Of a stretch of 64,000 nucleotides of DNA, positions 1 through 13,733 are shown piece after piece. The DNA is from Antedon mediterranea (taxonomy: Eukaryota; Animalia; Echinodermata): positions 38,326,304-38,390,303 of the forward strand of contig NC_092671.1 of NCBI RefSeq assembly GCF_964355755.1. The letters are read 5' to 3'. The translations under genes were made by a program, and so were the position numbers. The notes beneath the pieces are model-generated. The model worked only from the letters and a program-made list of their open reading frames with translations, was not told the DNA's origin and made no database searches. Within the stretch, counting starts at the first letter, position 1. Each line of letters begins with the position of its first letter.

Positions 1-1676
1 AAATAAAGTCTTTTACAAAACAAAAATTGAACTCTGTTTGTATTCTGATTCATTCATTGGGAAAATGTGTGGGTCAGTCAGGGTCATACATATTCATACT
101 ACAAATAAGGTGTGGTGTTTTTATTGTCTGGCCAAGCCACTGTTTTTCTTTCTACCTGTACTTTTCACAATATTTACAATACTAACACAAGCATGTACAG
201 TACTTAGCATAGGGATTTGTGTATAAACAAATATTTTCATTCATTTTCAACAATCAAAATCAATTATAGTTTGCTTAAAAAAACATTAAAGTTATATTAA
301 GAAATATAAAACGTATTCTTCTGGTACAGGAGATCATGAATGATATAACTGTTTACCAAAAACAAAGTTATTTGCATAATTGCCACCTGTAAAAATGTGT
401 CTATTAAATGTATTTAGCCTTTGTACATGAAGCAGATTTCTTGACTGTAAGAATACTAAATTATTACTACACTTAATGCACAATATGCCAAACATTAGTG
501 TGTTGCGATCGACGTTAAATACCTGGATGAGTCCCGATAGGTGGCTCTTTACCTGCTCTAACATGCTAACTGCAACTAAGCTTTTTTTTCACTTACGCAT
601 TTTAAAGTCCATAGCCCACTTAAAGAAGAGATACAACCCCATTATAACATATATACAATTTGTACTAGGCAAATATATTATAAAGTACTGTCAGTCAATG
701 AATAAGCTATTGAGTATTAGCTAATTAATATAAATAAAATATATAATAAACTGCATTCTATATGAAATGGAAGGAGACAAAACATACCATCTATATATCT
801 CCTCCATGATCATACCTGAGGTGTTTTAGACTAGGTTCTAGCCAGTATTAAGTAAAGATAAATATTTTGGCACATACAGCGTTTCATACGTATAATATAA
901 TACTCACAATGCATTCGAGATAAAATCGAAATGTTGACTGGTGGAGACACTAAGTAAGTGTGCAAGTAAGTAAGTCTACTGAGAGTGAAAGCTTATACTA
1001 ATATTGGATGCGACAGACAAATTTACAACGATGATGACAAAAATGCAATTGTTTTTATTTTTAATAATATATGGAAATTCTAATAACACTTGATATACTG
1101 GCCACAGATAAAGTCTCTTATTTAAGGTAATGTGCTTGCCCATGGATATCTGAATTTTTTATTATATCATTTTTCTGTGCATCATTACAATGTTTAACTA
1201 TTTGAATTTTAACTTGAAAAAGTTGAGAATATTTTGTCCACAATAAATATAGGCCTACATATATATGAAGAGTAGGCCTAAAGTCATTTTGAAACCTTAA
1301 GTTATATCAGGTAGGGGGCCTAACCATATGTATTACAGTTGCATTTTTACCAGGGACTATCTGGGACATATAATAGTTCAGTAGTGCACTCACCTAATAG
1401 AATCCCACTTTCTACTAATAAAAGGAAAACCAACACCCACTTGACTAACAGTGCCCTCTATTTTGTTATCATAGAAAAAGCTATTTATAAAATTAAATGT
1501 AAATATTGAACTTTGATTGGAACATGTTTAAAGTCTGATTATTATGTTAAAAACTTTACATTAGCACATTGATGATTAGTAAGATCTTTAATTTATATTT
1601 TAAAATGTTGAATTACAGAACATTTACAAGTTTAATGTGCATTTGTTTTTTGTTTTTTTTAGCCACACAGATAAAT

Positions 1677-4553
1677 TTATGGTATCATATCCACAAATTC
1701 ATACTCTGAAGTTCCATCAAAATGCGAATTGACATGACCATTTATGTATTCTGCAGAAAACAAACACCTATCAAACTGCCTACTGCAAATGGGACATAAA
1801 GTTATGTCTGGTGTAGCACCAAGATTGGCTGCCTGGTCTGGTTTATCTACTATTCCAACTGGTGTGTAAAACTCTGGAGAATTTCTCCCACCAATATCTA
1901 AATCCGTTTCTATGTTTGGTGGGTTTCTAGGTGGTAGTAAGCCTCCCCCCGTCTCTTGCATAATTGGTATTCTAAAGTCAGAAACTTGACTCCCGAGTTT
2001 CTTAGGAGAATTTCTACCGAGAAGAACAGAGCTGGGCGATGCTATGTAATTACTAGACATGACATTTGGGGCACTCCCTGGTTGGAAGTGTGGCCTGGCT
2101 TGTAAATCAGTAATAGGACCATAACTTGCTGACATAGGCTTCAAAGTCCTTGTTTCCTTAAAACTTTGCATTGGCCTGTTTAAATGTTGGCTATATTTAT
2201 CGTCACTGGATGTGTGGGCACTGTAAATGTCATCATCATCACTCTCGGTTGAAGTAAATTTACTTGTTGTTGACAACTCGTCTTTTGGTGGTCGTTTGAT
2301 TTCAGATGACCCCTGACCCATAGAAGTATGAAGAAGATATTCAGGATTTGTTTTTCCTCTCTTCTCATAATCTTCCATTTCAAAATCTATAATTGCAAAA
2401 TAAAAAATCCAAAATATTGATTAATTATACCAAAAAACAGGATGAAAAAACAAATCTTTCAAAAATTCAAACTCTGACCCTTATGGCCAAAGGTCACATG
2501 ATCTGATACCAATTCTTTTCACTTTCAACATACATAGTGAACAAACAAATTCTTTATTTTGAAATTATACACTTTAAACGGTGAATATCAGCCAAGACAA
2601 AACCCAATCCACCAGCATGGTACTAGCCAGTCTAAGTCATTAATGCAATTAAAGTCTCTTCTCAAAACTCAATTGTTCCAACAGACCTTTGGTTTTATAG
2701 CGTTGTGAGACAGCAGTTTGAGCACTTTACTTATAAATGCTTAGTTAACTATTTTCTAGGAATAGTCCTCTACAGAATAAAGAAGAGGCTTTACATCTTG
2801 AGAGGTCCTCTCTACATAAACACAATTGATTGAGTGAATCAACAAGGATATTATAATTACATTAACATTAATCATTTGTATAAATAGCTAGCTTCAGAAC
2901 TATGGAAGAGTACAGCTCCGTCTAGACTATCAAACTAGTTTGATATGCCTAAATAAATGGTAGTGATATGCTCAAATATGGTAGTGATATGACATCATCA
3001 TGTCCATATATGTTCACATTACATTTTTTTGTCACATAAAGTTTGATAGTGTAGACAGAGCTTAACAAATGTTGCTTTACCTGGTTCCTCTGATTTTCTT
3101 TTTCTAATTTCCAATAAACCATCATCCTTTAACTTCTTATAAGTATTCACTTCTTTTAAGAGACTTTTAACCTCCTCTTTTAATTGTTTATAATCCAGTA
3201 TAAATTTATTAATATCAAACTCTACTAAATCTTCCGCTCCGTCATTTCCATCAGTTTCCATATCAGTATCTTTTTCATTTGTGTCCTCCGATATTGACCT
3301 TCTTTGACCCTGTGTAACATCCTTAGGGCCTACTTTTACTAAATCTTTTCTTAGTGTCTCTATTGAAGTTTCTAGTTGTATTATTTTCTCTTGTAAAGAT
3401 TCTTTTTGTTTCTGGCAATCTTTACTTTGACATTGTGTGTCAGATGAGTTGCCAGATTCATGAGCAGTTACTATTGATTTGAGAATGGTGTTTTCAGTCT
3501 GGAGTTCATCTACTTTTGTCTGAAGTATAAACATTTTATTGCTCTCCTGTTCAAAATAAAAGTGATTACATTATCATTAAAGTAAAAAAGACAAGTATTT
3601 TGTCAAGTCAATGAAATTTATTGTCATTTGTAAACATATAAAAACCATTTTTTGGCTCATAAGATAAAAAATTTCTTAGGTATAAGATTCCTAAAAAATA
3701 ATAAAGAACATCTGAATATAAATGGTTTTTAATTATAGAAAGAAATGAAGGAAGCGACCCAAAACCAGAAGGATAAAAATTATAGAGAATTATACAAACT
3801 TATTAAACCATATGTTCCACTATGCAAAGGTCTTCACCACCTAGAACGAACCAACCTTAAATATGTGCCTAAGGGCTTCTTTGCTCAGGCACCGGCACAA
3901 TCTTGAACCAATTTCCTCGTTCCATCTGTTACACTATATTCCCTTTCAAATTCAAATCTATCCTGAAAACTCACCTATTTTAAGTTTAGTTATTCTTTTC
4001 ATGATGCGCTGGGAGACTCCGGTAAAGAGCGTTTTATAAATGTTTGATTATTATTTATTAAACGAAAATAAAAGTAAGTCTATACACTTTGGAAAATAAT
4101 CTCTCTGATTGGAGAAGTCTTGTTAAGTGTGCTATGTTGTAAGATGTTCAGCGTTTGTGATGAATTAAAGAAAATCTTACATAATACAAATGTTTACCTA
4201 CACTAAACTCTAGTGAAAATCTGATATATATATAAAAGAAAAGAAAGAAAAAAGAAATAAAAAAAAAAAGATTGTACACCTACCGCTACTTCTGGAGAAA
4301 TGTCATAAGATTGTATCCTTTCACCGGACTCCTTTAATCTTTCAATTTCTTGATTAAGTTTTTTGTTTTCTTGCCTGAGAGCATTGTTGGAATCATTTGT
4401 GTTATGATATTTCTTTTTTAGATGTTCATAGCCCTGTTTCAGAGCCTGGAACGCTTCAGGATATAAAGCATCATCAATAGGACTTCCATAAACGGGACTT
4501 TCTGCCTTAAAATCATCTTCTTGTGGATTGTTATCCTCCGATTCACTCAACAT
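1677..4553 (-). CDS. Coiled-coil adaptor with C-terminal UBZ-type C2H2 zinc finger, AZI2/TBKBP1/TANK-like (481 aa)
   Basis: Exons 4553-4284, 3546-3081 and 2386-1677 join in frame at GT-AG (phases 0,1). N-terminal 'EAFQALKQGYEHLKKKY..NNALRQENKKL' recalls the AZI2/NAP1 coiled coil. C-terminus CPICSRQF...INGHVNSHFD is UBZ1-like. Probable 5'UTR exon donor at 8576-8581. Family call is from memory, not a search. Confidence 0.6.
2914..3062. mobile_element. MITE family B copy
   Basis: AGCTCCGTCTAGACTATCAAACT...AGTTTGATAGTGTAGACAGAGCT with internal 21-bp units. Confidence 0.75.
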
Positions 4554-7281
4554 AGTGAAGAATATTAACAGAAAATACAGATTCTGAAAAATATACACAA
4601 GACATAGTTAATATAATATATAACTAAAGCTCTGTCTACACTATCGAACTACTTTGACAAAAAAGGGTGTGATGTGCCCAAATATGGTAATGATATGCTT
4701 AAATATAGCAGTGATATGACATCATCATGTCCATATATGTATATGGGCACATCACATGTTACATACTCTGGCAGCAGTAGAGTTGTTTATTGTGTTTACA
4801 AATCCTAACATCTCCAAAAAAAAATGTTTAGGGGTGGGTTTACAGATTCAATTTAAGGATTAGGACTATTATTGTGAGTTAATAAATAGAGTAATGGATT
4901 ACTAATTAGGAGTTGTATGTAGCCTTGATGCCAAGTGCACACTGGGCCAAAATAAGACCAAATATTGACTACAGTACAAACTGAGCAAACAACAGTATCA
5001 CTGTATGACATCTTCCGTTTACACTTGACAGTTAGGTCAGCCAATTACAGTATAATAAGAACTGGGAAATTCCAATATATGCCAAATCGGACCAAAGTTT
5101 TCACCAGACCATATTTGACTAAACTTGAATTTTTTTTAAAAATTAAAACAATTATTATTTTAATTATAATTGTTAATATATTATCAATATAATTTGTTAT
5201 AATAATTATTAGCCAAATAGATCATTCTATGTAAAATGTTATCCCTATGTAATTATTACTGAGCTCAGTGGTAGTAATTTATCAATAATTCTGGTTTTTT
5301 TTTTTTCAATTTTAGTATTGTTTGGAAAAGACATTAAGCTTTTAAATGGTAACCTGTAGTTAACATTTCAATTGTTTGGGTCCACAACACGATAACTTGC
5401 CACGTGGATAGAACTTCCTCTGTTGTTAAAATACTCTTATCAGGAAAAAAAAGTGGTGAATTTTAAATCCCTAAAATTCCCTTAATAATATTAGTCCTGT
5501 AATATAATCTTCTGAGAGCAGGAAAAACTATTAATATCATGCAATATAACAAATAATTTGAACTTACATAAAATCATAAAACACAATTTATAAGTAACTC
5601 AGTTCATATGTCATAGGAATTAGTACTTTATACTAATACAACAATTTTTCTTTGAATGTTAAATTGAAAGAAATAAATTACCACATAAAGACTACAATTA
5701 CAGTAATTATCAGTTGTTATGAACAATTTTTATATAAGATAAGTATTTATTATTACAGACATATTCTAAAAATACTAATATCTAAAGTACAGAGACAGTA
5801 TGTCAAGCTACGGAACTCAGTACTATGGGAATTTCCTAAACTAGTATAAATATAAATGCTCTTTGCGTCATTGAATGTTGTGAATTTAAAATACAGAAAA
5901 AATTATAATCATTTTAAACGGTAAACACAAAATATATTATGGTTTGACATAATATAATGCAGTATAATACATTTATCCTTAGTAGATTATAATTTAGACA
6001 TACAATAAACACGATTAACTTTATTTTCCATACATGTGGAACATCTACGGAAATTATCTTTTTTATTATGTCTTTAGGCACATCTCCAAAAATCTTTTTA
6101 TCAGAGATTTATTAATAAGGTTATGTAATATATATTTTTTCTAAAATGTATATTTTAATTCAAAGTACAGATAACATTTTCTAAAATAATAGATAATAAA
6201 TGAGAAAAGGGTACCGGTACCCCACTGGAAGCTTAAGCTTTAAAATGTGGTGTCCACGCAACATATTTAAGTAAGGTAAGGTAAGAAACATGTAAAAAAA
6301 AACCAATATGATAATGAGCAGTACTACATACACATGGTGTACCGCAAACTTTATATCAACATATTGATTTCACCATCCAAACCTTCAAACAGTTGAGGAT
6401 TACATGAGAAACCGCTCGATAATAATTCACTTTTTTCCTCTCTCTCCCTGTCTGCGTATTGTCTTCTATGTGTTTAAATGGAACTCAACTTAACTGAAAG
6501 AAACTAGTTGCGCGAGAGCGCTTATTTTGAACGGAACTAAAAGAAAACAGTGTGTGAGCGCTTATGTCGACACTGGAACTGATTTTAACTAGTCGTGGTT
6601 ACCTTACGGCGCGCATGATGTGATTCATAGTTGTATAGTAACCAGTATTCAAGAGCGATTTTACGGATATGAACTGATCACTACTACTACTTGATTCAAA
6701 GTTTTCAGTTCTGGAAAAAATAGAACATGGGCAAATGAAAGATTATGTGGACATTTTTTTTTTGCCGGTCAGTTGCTTGGAGTACTATGTCGACACAGTT
6801 GATTTGAGTTCCATTTTGTCATAAGGGCACTTTATGTAAAGTAATATATAAAATAACCTCTCTTTAGTGATATCTATTGTTAGATTATGGTATTTGTGAC
6901 TCATTTCCATGATGATATGTTCAATTCAGTCCAGTCATGTTTTTATTTCTCACCTGATGAGTTCTCTGCTGATGAAACCAGATATCAATCAGACACAATT
7001 AAGACTAAAATAATCTAGTAAATTCTATAGTGTTTTAAAGGTGTGTGGACATTTTAGATCAAAAACTGTAAAAAAAATCTTGAAGTTTAAAACAATCTTC
7101 TGGAAAAGATTATTAAATAAGACCAATTATTAAATGGTAATTTTTATTTTTTAATAACACAAAAAATAAAGAAAAATATAAAAGTAAAAGAAACACTGAA
7201 AATAGGATTACGCTACATAAACCAAAGACTGAGATTGTAACTTTGAACGGTTTTGATATGTAAAAATTTGGGGTTACGGTA

Positions 7282-8090
7282 TGTTATGCGCGATTTGAAC
7301 GATTTGCGCAATTTGAAATTGCGCAAAAAAATCTTTGCGCAATTTGAAATTGCGCAAAGAATTCTTGCGCAATTTAAAATTGCGCAAGGATTTTTTTGCG
7401 CAATTTCAAATTGCGCAATCAACTTGCGCAATTTCAAATTGCGCAAGAAAATCTTTGCGCAATTTTAAATTGCGCTGCACAATTTGTAAATTGCGCAAGG
7501 TAGTTCTTGCGCAATATGACACCTTTGCGCAATTTGAAAACGAACTGTAAATTTTCCCATACATGGCTAGGCTAGGCCTAGGCAGAGGAGTTTAAAATTT
7601 AGTATTTTATTATATAAATAAGACCATTTCAATGAAGATAATGTTTAATACTCACTTTTTAAGTTTTTAATATTAGTTTAGCAAGGCCATGTAACCTAGT
7701 CAGTATCAGTAGTCCAGACCCTAGCTAGGCTAGAGTAGTAGGCTATAGCCGGCCGCGCCCGCCTGGTGGAACACCACCGCTTCGTTTTCTTTCGTCGGTT
7801 CTTCGACGGTATCAGTCTGGACGGTATGCTAACTTATAACAATATTTACACTACTAAAATAAGGAAATGCAATATTTATCTTTAATTTTGAATCATTCTT
7901 AGAAATTACTATAAAAATATGGGTGTGCATGATTTCACAATCTGTCGAAAAACCTTGCGCAATTTGCAGATTACTTGCGCAATTTAATACGTTGCTTGCG
8001 CAATTTGAAACACATGTTTCAATTCAAATTGCGCAAGGATTTTTTTTGCGCAATTTCAAATTGCGCAAATCGTTCAAATCGCGCATAACA
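7282..8090. mobile_element. MITE family A copy 1 (TGT...ACA ends, TTGCGCAA arrays)
   Basis: Long TIR TGTTATGCGCGATTTGAACG; flanking duplication ACGGTA. Confidence 0.88.
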
Positions 8091-8579
8091 ACGGTATTTG
8101 GCTTTTAAAATTGAGCAGCTGTTTTTGTTAAGAATAAAGATTTACACCTTCGCTTTGAATAAATTAATGATGATAATGAATTGATTTCTAATAAATATTT
8201 TAATTTTTTTCGTTAATAAAATAGTAATGAATAGGGCCTAGTAGGCTAGGCCCAGTCATAAATTATAGTAATCGGTGGCTACCAACCACAAAAATTAAAA
8301 AACACAATGTAGGTAAATTGGATGAGAAACAATTAAATTCCAGTCTAAGCTAGAGAGACAGCTTAACCATGCCTTTTGGGCGTTGCTGTAATGTACTGGT
8401 GGTACTGGCATTTACCAACGGTTCGTTAATAATAGGCCTACCTAGCCTAGTAGAGGGAGTAGTTAGGCCACGTTTAAGATGTTGGCAATCGCAGGAGACA
8501 AAAGGAACAGGCTAGCTTGGTTAGAATCTGAAAAATAAATAAATTAAATGTCTAAATACGATCCAATACACGTATACTT

Positions 8580-8860
8580 ACTCAAGTATTTAATAGTAAA
8601 ATTGTCCTTAAAACACAAGAATAGATAATTTTACTAGTAGCATGTTAATGATTTTTGTAAACCACCTAAATTCAATTTTAACACATGACATCACAATAGG
8701 GGAATCCCCTGCTGCTCTCCTAGGTGGCGCGCTTTAATTTGTTTTATTAGGCCGGAAGAGTAGAAATATTAAGGAGGAATTGCCGAATTGCCTAGCTAGG
8801 TCTAGGCTGGTTTAGGACTGTATTATATTGTTTTTAAATCTAGCCCCATGAAAAAGGTAT
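8580..8860. promoter_or_regulatory. Probable bidirectional promoter (AZI2/TANK-like gene and FASTK paralogue 1)
   Basis: Outward-facing donors (minus GTAAGT 8581-8576; plus AAG|GTATGA at 8856); kappaB site GGGGAATCCCC 8699-8709; CTCF-like CTCCTAGGTGGCGC 8717-8730. Confidence 0.5.
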
Positions 8861-9461
8861 GAATAACATGTTCAATATAGTGATATATGATTTTGATGCA
8901 ACCGATTATACGCATTTTGAACTTTAACTAGGCCTACCTAGGCTACTACTAACTAACTAAGCCTAGCCTACTTTACTACTTACTTACTACTACTCTAGCT
9001 AGGCTACTCTGTACTACTACTAGGGCCTAGGCTAGGTGGTACCCTAGTCCCTAGGCTAGTTCTAATAATAGAAATAGTATACTAGGCCGCAGGCGATACT
9101 AGCTAGGCCTAGGCTAGCTAGTCTATAAATAGAGTCTAGGCCTAGTTAGGTACGGTAGGCTAGCTAGCTAACTAGCTAGAGCCTAGTAGGCCTAGGCCCT
9201 AGCTAGGCCTAAACTAAGCCTTTTTTGTGCTAATGCACTTTCGCACCACTAAGCTTACCCAATTTAAAAACATTCACCAGCTGCGCGGCGGTGAAGGTGA
9301 GTGACAGTTAAGTTAAGTCTTTTAGGTGTAACTTCAGTACTTAGCACCGCACTTTTTTAAGCCTAGCTTAACTCTAGGCCTTTCTCAGACTGACCTCAGT
9401 CAGGGCAGGCCTTAAGCCGATTTGTTCCCGCGAATCAAAAGCGTCAGCTTACATATGCATG

Positions 9462-10260
9462 TGTTATGCGCGATTTGAACGATTTGCGCAATTTGAAATT
9501 GCGCAAAAAAAATCCTTGCGCAATTTGAATTGAAACATGTGTTTCAAATTGCGCAAGCAACGTATTAAATTGCGCAAGTAATCTGCAAATTGCGCAAGGT
9601 TTTTCGACAGATTGTGAAATCATGCACACCCATATTTTTATAGTAATTTCTAAGAATGATTCAAACTTAAAGATAAATATCGCATTTCCTTATTTTAGTA
9701 CTGCAAATATTGTTATAAGTTAGCATACCGTCGAAGAACCGACGAAGGGAAACGAAGCGGTGGTGTTCCACCAGGCGGGCGCGGCGCGGGCGGCCGTCTA
9801 TACTACTCTAGCCTAGCTAGGGTCTGGACTACTGATACTGACTAGGTTACATGGCCTAGCTTAAACTAATATTAAAAACTTAAAAAGTGAGTTTTAAACA
9901 TTATCTTCATTGAAATGGTCTTATTTATATAATAAAATACTAAATTTTAAACTCCTCTGCCTAGGCCTAGCCTAGCCATGTATGGGAAAATTTACAGTTC
10001 GTTTTCAAATTGCGCAAAGGTGTCATATTGCGCAAGAACTATCTTGCGCAATTTACAAATTGTGCAGCGCAATTTAAAATTGCGCAAAGATTTTCTTGCG
10101 CAATTTGAAATTGCGCAAGTTGATTGCGCAATTTGAAATTGCGCAAAAAAATCCTTGCGCAATTTTAAATTGCGCAAGAATTCTTTGCGCAATTTCAAAT
10201 TGCGCAAGGATTTTTTTGCGCAATTTCAAATTGCGCAAATCGTTCAAATCGCGCATAACA
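9462..10260. mobile_element. MITE family A copy 2 (inverted relative to copies 1 and 3)
   Basis: Near-identical reverse complement of copy 1; flanking duplication CATG. Confidence 0.88.
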
Positions 10261-10498
10261 CATGCATATTCATGTTTCCATCTTCCAAATCCCTCTCTAC
10301 GCATGCGTATAATATGATGCTTTCGATTCACACAAACAACTTCATCTAGTTCTAGTGGAAAATCGGCTTTTTTAAGCTAGTAGTAGGACTATATAATGGA
10401 ATAGTCTCATACCGCAAACTCACATGCAAAACAGAGGTTATCTTTAATTTTTTTGTCAACTAAAAATGCAGTTTTTATTCTTTACAGACAGTGACAAC

Positions 10499-13474
10499 AT
10501 GGCATCCAGGATTTCTTCATTGAGATATTCCTCAATATTTTACAGATGCAGATTTCTTGTACCTCAGTCATCTAGCTGCCAACATTTAAGAACTTGTAGA
10601 CTGATGTCAACTGAAAACTCTTTAGAAATAAAAATTAAATCTTCAGATACACCAGAAACACTTTTAAATGTTATTCAAGAAAATAAACTATCTGGAAACC
10701 AAGCGTCCTTATCGCTAACGAGAGTGATACAGCTTCAGAACGCCATACCACAGGTTGACACGTTTACGAAAGACCCAATATTTGAAGAACTCTGCAACCA
10801 GATAACAAAAGAAAAATACAAAATTTCAACTGAGAGTTTAGTTCTTTCACTTATTAATTTATGTCAAATTAAGACAAAGTCAGTTATGTCGTTAATTTTA
10901 ATGCTTGAACCAGAGTGCCGGCGACGTCTTCGTCTGATGCAGGTTCGCCATCTTATTTTTTTTATCATCAATCACGGTGCTCTCAAAGCAGTCAATTGTG
11001 ACAAGATTGATGCGTTGGTAGCAGAAACAGCTGACATGTTGGAAAGTAGGCTCAAAGATGTGGTTGGAGTTAAAAATCTGGTTCAACTTTTAATACATTC
11101 TCCACTGGTATCAACAACTCTGCCAAATAAATTAGAACGACATATGGTCTCCTTAATGGATTACTTCAGCTTTTCTGATTTAACAAAATTCTGTGAAGCT
11201 ATGGTAATCAATAAATTTCCAACTGGTGTCTTATTGAAGACAATGTCTTTTAAAATGACGTCTATTCCAGAGGAATGGTCAGTCAATCAGATCTATGAAG
11301 TTCTCAAATGTTTTGATGCATTGGGTTTTAAAAACAGAAGTGTCATAATGGCATTTAGTAAATTTCTTCGGTCCGAAATTGCAAACTGCGCTCTCACAGA
11401 TGTTATAAATATTGCAAACATGTTTTCACGTCTTAGAATGTCAAATATCGAGTTTCTCGCTGAAGTTGAAAAGTTCATAGGAAAACAAATCGCAAGCGTT
11501 TCATTCCGTGACTTGAGAAACGTTCTGCAGGCGTTCTTTGTTCTGCGATTTGTTCCAAGTGAAGAGTTTGTGGATACTTTAACGAAAGAGCTCTTAGCTG
11601 GATGGTTGGATCTCAAACCATATTTACAACTAGAGCTTGCCTGGTGCATGATGGGTTTGAATATATTACCCAAAGTACTTTTGGAGAAAGTTGTTCAGTT
11701 GAATACAGGTAAGTTTATTTGTTCATTCACAATAACACGTTTACTTTTTTATTTTGATTTAGAATTTCCGAGTCAAAAAAGTTGAATAAACGATGTCATA
11801 AACTATATATTTAACCAATTGATGCAGTGTATTTTGTTGAGCTCTTATATATCATTCATGTGTTTTTATTGTATTTGGCCAGGTGCCAAAGTATTACCTT
11901 GTTGCTCAATGTTCAGTCAATGCTTTTTACTCAATGCTATTTAACTTATTTTTCTGATATTCAGATGATTTTAGTCCAGGTCTAGCAACCAAATTTCAGC
12001 ATCTACTCAACTATGCCAAAATGGAAACATCGAGTAACTTACAGAGCTTGGTGGAAAAGGATGTTAACCTACGACATATACAGCAATCTGTTAACCTACG
12101 ACCTATACAGCAATCAGTTATGAATACTCTTATTGATGTGATAAATAAACAACACATATCAACAAATGTCGTAACACCTAGTGGACATGTTATAGGTAAG
12201 TACTTTGTACACCTGGGTGGAGAGGCAAATGTAAGTAACATGTCTTGCTGCCTAAGGATACAAGCAATGCAGCGAGAGTTGGATTCAAACCATGATCTCA
12301 CAATCAATAATCCAACGTCCAACACACTGCACCACACTCCAGTAAATTATATGAATATGATTTATAAAATTAATACTATTTACAAATAAATAATGTTTAT
12401 GCTTTATAAACAGATTTTCAAATATTATTGGATGACCATAAGATGTCAGTTGATCCTACTCAAAGTGAACAAGCACCCTCAAGGTTGGTCGTTTCCTTAA
12501 TTTTTTCATACATTTAATATTCTTAGTTCTAGATTCACCTAAATATTTTTAAAGACAGCATTTTGGCACACGTGGCATGCCATATAAGCTGGAATTATCT
12601 AGAAAGTGGTACAGCATTAGGAATATAATACAGACTTGTGCGTGGCAAGTTTAATCGTATAAAATTAATTAATTAATTTTTACTTATGAAGTTATCGCCA
12701 AAGTCTAGAACCATATTTGGTATTTTAACTGAAAGTAATTGCTTTATTTTTGTGACTTTCAAAATAAATCTTTTTTTTTAAATTTCCATTTTCTCTAGAC
12801 TTGCTATATTAGTTCATGGACCAACAAGTTATTTAAATGCAGGCGAGATGTTTGTGGGACCGGTTAAAATGAAGCGAAAACAATTAACAGATTCTGGATA
12901 TATATTAACCGAGGTACAGCAAACAGTTCTGTTTTGATTGGTTTATTGTCCAGCAGTATTAAATAATGATTAACAATAGCAACAGCTTTCTTCTACCAAG
13001 TGTTCTGTTATGAAAGTACGAAAGCCTAATCCTGCCACATTTGAATATAAATACTGTATAGCTAATTTAGAAATACAGTACTGTAGCAAAAAAAATAAAT
13101 CTAACATTTTTTTTTTGCTGTCGAGATTTTGACATAGGAAAAAAATAAATAAACATTTTTTTTACATGTCTAAATTTAGACATAGCAAAAAAAAATTTGG
13201 TTTGTTTTGTTTTTTTGCTATGACGAAATTTAGACCACATCTATATTTATATTCATGATGTGACAGGATTAGGCTTTCGTATGGGCTTTTACTCTGTATG
13301 CAGAAATACACACGCATCTTACTTTTGCTTAGACATTTAGAGTAAATATACAGTTTAAATTTTTTTTTTTTAAATCTACAGATTGGATATCGTGAATGGT
13401 ATGCGATGAAAACAGAGGTTGAAAAGAAACAGTTTATTAAGAAAAAGCTGGAGAATGATTGTGATTTTTATTAA
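10499..13474 (+). CDS. FAST kinase domain-containing mitochondrial protein (TBRG4/FASTKD-like), paralogue 1
   Basis: Exons 10499-11708, 11965-12195, 12414-12483, 12799-12913, 13382-13474 in frame (phases 1,1,2,0). Arg/Ser-rich presequence MASRISSLRY, Leu-rich helical body, C-terminal RAP domain (RLAILVHGP..MKRKQL..GY..IGYREW). Confidence 0.8.
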
Positions 13475-13733
13475 GATATTATTAAGTCTGTATATAAATT
13501 TCACTGAAGTTGAACTGCAATTTTAATAAAACTTTAATCAATTGAGTACAGTATAGTAGACATAGCATGAGAGATGGGAAAAAACAAAACGTTGTTGACA
13601 GGAAAACAGACGTTAAGCTGTGTGTGAAAAAGTATGTGTTCAAATATGGTAGTGATATGACATCATCATATCCATATTTGGGCACATCACATTTTTTTGT
13701 CGAATAAAGTTTGATAGTATAGACAGAGCTTAA

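Noticed and set aside
8848-8856. ATG AAA AAG as FASTK start exon
   Set aside because: Splicing to 10488 is out of frame and stops early; at most a uORF. ATG 10499 gives a good presequence.
7213-10349. Repetitive ORFs (RNLKLRK / AQFEIAQ)
   Set aside because: Translations of TTGCGCAA arrays in MITE family A, repeated on both strands.
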